Assembly (NCBI GenBank): GCA_963824385.1
Contig: CAWGPD010000004.1
Location: 256,001-320,000, forward strand
From: an uncultured Nitrososphaerota archaeon
GTDB lineage: Archaea > Thermoproteota > Nitrososphaeria > Nitrososphaerales > Nitrosopumilaceae
Length of the DNA: 64,000 bases
Direction: 5' to 3'
This document shows, in pieces, positions 59,445 to 64,000 of the stretch (its first letter is position 1; every line of letters starts with the position of its first letter). The translations under genes and the position numbers were made by a program. The notes beneath the pieces are model-generated. The model saw only the letters and a program-made list of their open reading frames with translations, searched no databases and had not been told where the DNA came from.

Positions 59445-60998
59445 TTATTCGGTAGCTATTTGTATCAATTCAGAGATCTGTTTTCCTTTTCCTTGAGAAA
59501 GTGCAGATATTCCCCCCGTCAAGCTCTCAGTTGTGATGCCTTTGGTTGCAAGCGCACGAACCGCCATCAATGAAGTATTTCCGGCCATGCATACAAGCAA
59601 AGATTTACCAGACCCGAGTTCTTTCAAATCTTCTGGAACCTGCTGAGTTGTCAATAATTTTTCCACATCTTTTGCTTTTGGAATAATTATCTTACTTTTG
59701 TCAACTCCTAGGGATTTTGCAATCATTTCTATTCCCTCTTCACGTGGAGTGTATTGGGTGTGAACCCAAATGATTTTGTCATAATCATTTATGCTGGAAG
59801 CAGCTTCTTGTAGCGATACCTGAATACGGTTCTGTTTCTTTGACATCTCGTCCAAATTCTTTTTGTATTTTTGTATCCCATCTGCAATTATTACAACAAA
59901 CTTTCCACCAAATTGTCCAGAGTTTACCATCTGTACTACTGCGTATAATGCAAGTGCACTACTCTCTCCCATATCATAGCCATTGTCAACAAAAAACTTT
60001 AGCATGTATTTTGCACGCTCAAAATCTACCTCGTGTTGTCCCTCGTATCGCTCAGGTTCATAAAACTTTAATCCACTTGCCTTGTCTTTTGTTCTAATTC
60101 CTGCCACATCTTGACCAGGTATTGGAAATACAACATGTAGTAATTTTTTCCCATATTTTTCAGACATGTATCTACTCAAACCTCCAGATGTTCCACCAGT
60201 ACCAAATGTACACACCACTCTAAAATCTCCAAGAGACTGGTTTGTCTCATGTAATTGTTGGTCTATCTCAGGTGCAGTAATAGTTCTGTGAGCTTCAATA
60301 TTCATTTCATTATCATATTGTTCTGGACAAAAACCTCCATAGATATTTGCAAGCAACTTTGCCAAATTGATTATGTCTTGAGATACTAACAATGACTGTA
60401 CTTCAGAGATTGCACTGTCAAAAATTTCTGGCTTGAATCCAAGTTCGGATAGTTGTGAGCGAATATTTGCAGCAGTTGCTTTTGCAACCAATACATTAGG
60501 ATTATCTTTCATTCCAGGAGCTGGGCATATATCCATATCAAGGTTTAAGATCCGAGTCTTTTCATTTCTCAATTCTTCAAATACTCCGTCCTGAAGTTTT
60601 CTTGATACTAGTGTAACTACATCTAATCCAAGCTTTGATAATTGCCCAAGAGCTATTCCAAAATTGCCCGAAGTGGCTTCAAATATCGTCTGTCCGCGTT
60701 TAATCTTTCCTTTAGAAATGGCATCATGAATAATGTTTAGTGCAGGTCTTACTTTGATAGACCCAGATGGTAATCCAGAATCAAACTTGCCGAAAATTTT
60801 CAAATCTTTATCATCAAGGTTTAGATTCAATACTTTTTTTGCACATGCCTTGAAATCTTCGGTAATGTCACGAAGTGGAGTTGCATTAACGATTGTTACG
60901 TTATCTGATTTTTCCAAGTGTGGAATTTTTTTCCATACCTCTTGCTCAAATTGCTCAAGCAAAGATGTGTCAATGTTTTTTGGTATATTTGATGTCAA
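59445..60998 (-). CDS. Cysteine synthase-like PLP enzyme fused to a C-terminal rhodanese domain
   Basis: SGSIKVRPA, EATSGNFG, GTGGT, MGESS, ADG; C-terminal LLVCMAGNTS and SLTGGI. Confidence 0.85.
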   Translation of the reverse strand: MTSNIPKNIDTSLLEQFEQEVWKKIPHLEKSDNVTIVNATPLRDITEDFKACAKKVLNLNLDDKDLKIFGKFDSGLPSGSIKVRPALNIIHDAISKGKIKRGQTIFEATSGNFGIALGQLSKLGLDVVTLVSRKLQDGVFEELRNEKTRILNLDMDICPAPGMKDNPNVLVAKATAANIRSQLSELGFKPEIFDSAISEVQSLLVSQDIINLAKLLANIYGGFCPEQYDNEMNIEAHRTITAPEIDQQLHETNQSLGDFRVVCTFGTGGTSGGLSRYMSEKYGKKLLHVVFPIPGQDVAGIRTKDKASGLKFYEPERYEGQHEVDFERAKYMLKFFVDNGYDMGESSALALYAVVQMVNSGQFGGKFVVIIADGIQKYKKNLDEMSKKQNRIQVSLQEAASSINDYDKIIWVHTQYTPREEGIEMIAKSLGVDKSKIIIPKAKDVEKLLTTQQVPEDLKELGSGKSLLVCMAGNTSLMAVRALATKGITTESLTGGISALSQGKGKQISELIQIATE

Positions 60999-61156
60999 TT
61001 TTATCTGTAGTGCTGTGATGGTTTTGAATATCTTATAAAATATGTCATATAGTTACGATGGTGTGTACGGTTTAACATAGGCTAAAAAATTAAATTTAGA
61101 TATCATAAAACACGCATTCTATGTCATTTGATTGAGGACATCAAAATTTAAGCAAT

Positions 61157-61912
61157 TTACCGTCTCAGCTTTTTTTCTCTTTCAAAACACTTGTCTGCTT
61201 CTTTCTTTTTATCCAGTTTTAAAAGCACTCCGCCTTTGTTATGCCATGCAACTACAAACTCGGGGTTTAGTTTTATTGCCCTATCAAAGCACTCCAATGC
61301 TTTTTCAAATTTTTCAAGAATAAAAAAACAAACGCCTTTAAAATTCCAAGCGGACGCTCTTGTTGGATCCAATAAAATTACCTCATCAAATGACTCCATT
61401 GCATCTTCATATCGTTTCAAATCAGAAAGACATACACCTTTTAGATTCCAAGCATCGACAGATTCAGGATTTATGTATAAAGCTTTTTCGTAACAGTAAA
61501 GGGCTTCATCATATCTTTTCAGACTAGACAGTGCGTCGCCTTTTTTGAGCCATGCTTTTACATATCGGGGTAACTTTTCTAGGGCTTTGTCAAAAAATAC
61601 AATTGCCTCTCCATATTTTTGTTTTAAAAGTAATTTCTCAGCTTCTTCATAAGAGTAAACAGCATCTTCAGGATAAATGTCTCCAAATTTTGGAATAATT
61701 TTTGATTCCCCTGCATGTTGCAATCGCAAGATCTGGTACGCATCAGAGATTTTCACAAATCGTTCCTCATTGCCTTTTGAAGAATCCTTGTCAGGATGAT
61801 AACGTAAGGCAAGATTTCGGTATGCGTCTTTAATTTCCTTTATTGACGCACCAGGTTTTAGTCCCAATATTTCATAGCACTGAAAGGTATTCAATATCAA
61901 AAATACATCCAA
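61157..61912 (-). CDS. DnaJ-domain plus TPR protein
   Basis: YEILGL...YHPDK J domain; about 5 TPRs. Confidence 0.9.
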   Translation of the reverse strand: MDVFLILNTFQCYEILGLKPGASIKEIKDAYRNLALRYHPDKDSSKGNEERFVKISDAYQILRLQHAGESKIIPKFGDIYPEDAVYSYEEAEKLLLKQKYGEAIVFFDKALEKLPRYVKAWLKKGDALSSLKRYDEALYCYEKALYINPESVDAWNLKGVCLSDLKRYEDAMESFDEVILLDPTRASAWNFKGVCFFILEKFEKALECFDRAIKLNPEFVVAWHNKGGVLLKLDKKKEADKCFEREKKLRR

Positions 61913-61981
61913 AGTAGAATATCAAAGTCTTTCTTGGAAGATCCATGCCTATTTTTATAACTGACGTTAACATTACACATC

Positions 61982-63442
61982 GTGACTGAGGTAGAAACGA
62001 CTAAAGTAGATTTTATTCAGATTCTACTTGTTTGTGCGATATTTTCTATTTTGTTTTTTGCAGTTTACCTTATGAAAACAGATCTAACTCTAGTCTCACT
62101 TGTCTTTGCGGCGTTTATCATGTTCTATCAACTTCTTAGTGCAAGAGGTAGCCTCTCGTCAAAATTCAAGTATGGAACAAGATTGCCTTCTCCATTTGCT
62201 GCAATCATGATTGCCCTCCCATTTGTCATAGGCACGGTTGCAGCATACGAAGGATTTGGAATATGGGAGTCACCTGCAAGAATCATAATCTTGTGGGGAA
62301 TGACCATAACATTTTGGAGTACTTTGATGTTTGTACCACTTGCAGTATACAGTAAATTGAAGGAAGATATGCAGCCAGAACCTACTACTTATCCAACTCT
62401 TAGTGTGCTTGTGCCAGCATATAATGAAGAAAAAGTAATTGCAAGAACAATAGAGGGATTACTGGATACAAATTATCCCGACAAGGAAATAATTGTAATT
62501 GACGATGGAAGTAAAGATGATACGTTAAAGATAGCAAACAGATACAAAAACAAAGTCAAAGTATTACACAAAGAAAATGGAGGAAAAGCTTCAGCTCTTA
62601 ATCATGGAATAGCATTTGCAAAAGGTGAGATAGTCGCAATAGTTGATGCAGATACTATCGTTGGCAGAAATGCTCTAAAACAACTAGTCAAAGGATTTTC
62701 TACAGACAAGAACGTTGCAGCTGTTGCAGGAAATATCAAGGTAAGAAACAGAATGAATTGGCTCACATGGTCTCAGGCTTTAGAGTATGTATCCGGAATT
62801 GAAATTATCAGAAGGGCTTTTGATTTTTTTGGCTCAATTACTATAGTACCTGGAGCATTGGGCGCATTTAAAAAAACAGCACTAGAAGATGTTGGGACGT
62901 ATCACAAGGATACATTGGTTGAGGACTTTGATGCTACAATCAAGGTCTTAAAATCCGGATTTGTCGTTCAGGGAAGCACTAGTTCAACTGCGTATACAGA
63001 GGCACCACAATCTTTTCATGATTTTTACAAACAACGAAAGAGGTGGTATCGTGGAAATTTGCAAGTATTAACAAGACATGCAGAGACCTTGTTTAACCCA
63101 AGATATGCATTTTTGTACAGAATCGCATTTCCGTTTATGATAATCTCCATGGTAGTCCTGCCATTTGCAGGACTGGTAGTGATTGCCACCGCGATATACG
63201 AAGTGTTGATTGGAGAGTGGATGTTTGTAGTAGAGATGTTTGGGCTGTTTATCATATTGCAGACATTAATGTCGGCTCTAGCCGTCCGTATAGACCGGGA
63301 GGATCCCAGGCTGATACTGTTTTCACCATTTCTGGTCATAGGATACAAGCAAATAGTTGATATTTTACTCGTATTAGGATGCCTTCAAGAAGTTTTTAGG
63401 ACAAAGGCAAAATGGACCAGTGCAAAGAGGATAGGCATATGA
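61982..63442 (+). CDS. GT2 processive glycosyltransferase (PgaC/IcaA/cellulose synthase-like)
   Basis: VPAYNE, DDGS, GKASALN, DAD, VED, QRKRW; flanking TM helices. Confidence 0.92.
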   Translation: MTEVETTKVDFIQILLVCAIFSILFFAVYLMKTDLTLVSLVFAAFIMFYQLLSARGSLSSKFKYGTRLPSPFAAIMIALPFVIGTVAAYEGFGIWESPARIIILWGMTITFWSTLMFVPLAVYSKLKEDMQPEPTTYPTLSVLVPAYNEEKVIARTIEGLLDTNYPDKEIIVIDDGSKDDTLKIANRYKNKVKVLHKENGGKASALNHGIAFAKGEIVAIVDADTIVGRNALKQLVKGFSTDKNVAAVAGNIKVRNRMNWLTWSQALEYVSGIEIIRRAFDFFGSITIVPGALGAFKKTALEDVGTYHKDTLVEDFDATIKVLKSGFVVQGSTSSTAYTEAPQSFHDFYKQRKRWYRGNLQVLTRHAETLFNPRYAFLYRIAFPFMIISMVVLPFAGLVVIATAIYEVLIGEWMFVVEMFGLFIILQTLMSALAVRIDREDPRLILFSPFLVIGYKQIVDILLVLGCLQEVFRTKAKWTSAKRIGI

Positions 63443-64000
63443 CAAAATTCCTGTTTAGCGGAGCATTGATTGTTATAATATCAATAACAATTTTGGTAAC
63501 TAGCCCAGCTTATGGGGATACAATTGGTTCTATAGCAGTCACATTAACATATACAAACGGTGACACTGCGGACTATTGGCCAGTATCTTTAAAAATTTAT
63601 CAGGATTCTAATCAAACAGCCTACAAAGAAATTGTATCGTTATCAGGAAATCCATTTAACATTGTATCATTGCCTATTGGTCATCAGTACAAAATTGAAG
63701 CATATGCAAATAGCATGTATTCAAGTGTAAGTTATGTCAACTTGGAACAATCACATCAGGACGTTACTATACAGTTACCCCTCCCGGGAGGAATACGTGC
63801 TGATGTTTTCTATAATGATGGTATAACGCCAATATCAAATGCAACTGTGTACATCAAAGCCCAAGATAACAAGACATGGGCTCATGGTCCCGTAGATGCT
63901 AACGGACAAACTATGAGGTTCTGGATCGAACCAACTACTGTTCAAAATGATTACTATACTGTAGATGTGAGAATTGGAAACAGCCTGACATATTCCCAAT
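63439..64000 (+). CDS. Secreted protein, 3'-truncated by window end
   Basis: ATGA overlap with GT2 stop; signal peptide MTKFLFSGALIVIISITILVTSPAYG; frame appears open to the window end. Confidence 0.75.
   Translation, partial: MTKFLFSGALIVIISITILVTSPAYGDTIGSIAVTLTYTNGDTADYWPVSLKIYQDSNQTAYKEIVSLSGNPFNIVSLPIGHQYKIEAYANSMYSSVSYVNLEQSHQDVTIQLPLPGGIRADVFYNDGITPISNATVYIKAQDNKTWAHGPVDANGQTMRFWIEPTTVQNDYYTVDVRIGNSLTYSQ

Noticed and set aside
51985..64000. Provirus or integrative element at tRNA-Ser
   Set aside because: No integrase, transposase, viral gene or att direct repeat seen in the window

Overview
Low-GC archaeal chromosomal segment from an ammonia-oxidising thaumarchaeon (Nitrososphaerota, probably Nitrosotalea-like; inferred from cdvA, an ESCRT-III paralog, cofE, tandem-domain thyX, the IPxW..WWxxG surface repeat and TackOD1-type regulators). 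Positions 1-52 kb are mostly core genes: endA, hom, psmB, trmI, argS, a DRG GTPase, proS, acs, fen, DNA glycosylases, a sulfur-assimilation neighbourhood and a two-component cluster. An intron-containing tRNA-Ser(CGA) at 51.9 kb is followed by a loosely packed accessory region (PPK2, stomatin, USP, aquaporin, cysteine synthase-rhodanese fusion, DnaJ-TPR, GT2). Highlights: (1) a ~595-aa tandem SDR, split by two frameshifts, resembles the C-terminal half of Chloroflexus malonyl-CoA reductase and is a candidate for the thaumarchaeal malonyl-CoA reductase; (2) about nine frameshifts are all insertions and most fall in or beside AGCT or GATC, suggesting methylation-induced basecalling errors rather than pseudogenes; (3) a 123-triplet collagen lacking a signal peptide; (4) an RSAPK-repeat H1/protamine-like protein; (5) an eL22-like C2H2 zinc-finger protein; (6) an aquaporin with a His-rich loop D. 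No CRISPR array, rRNA, integrase or transposase was seen. All family assignments come from motif recognition by eye; no database searches were run.
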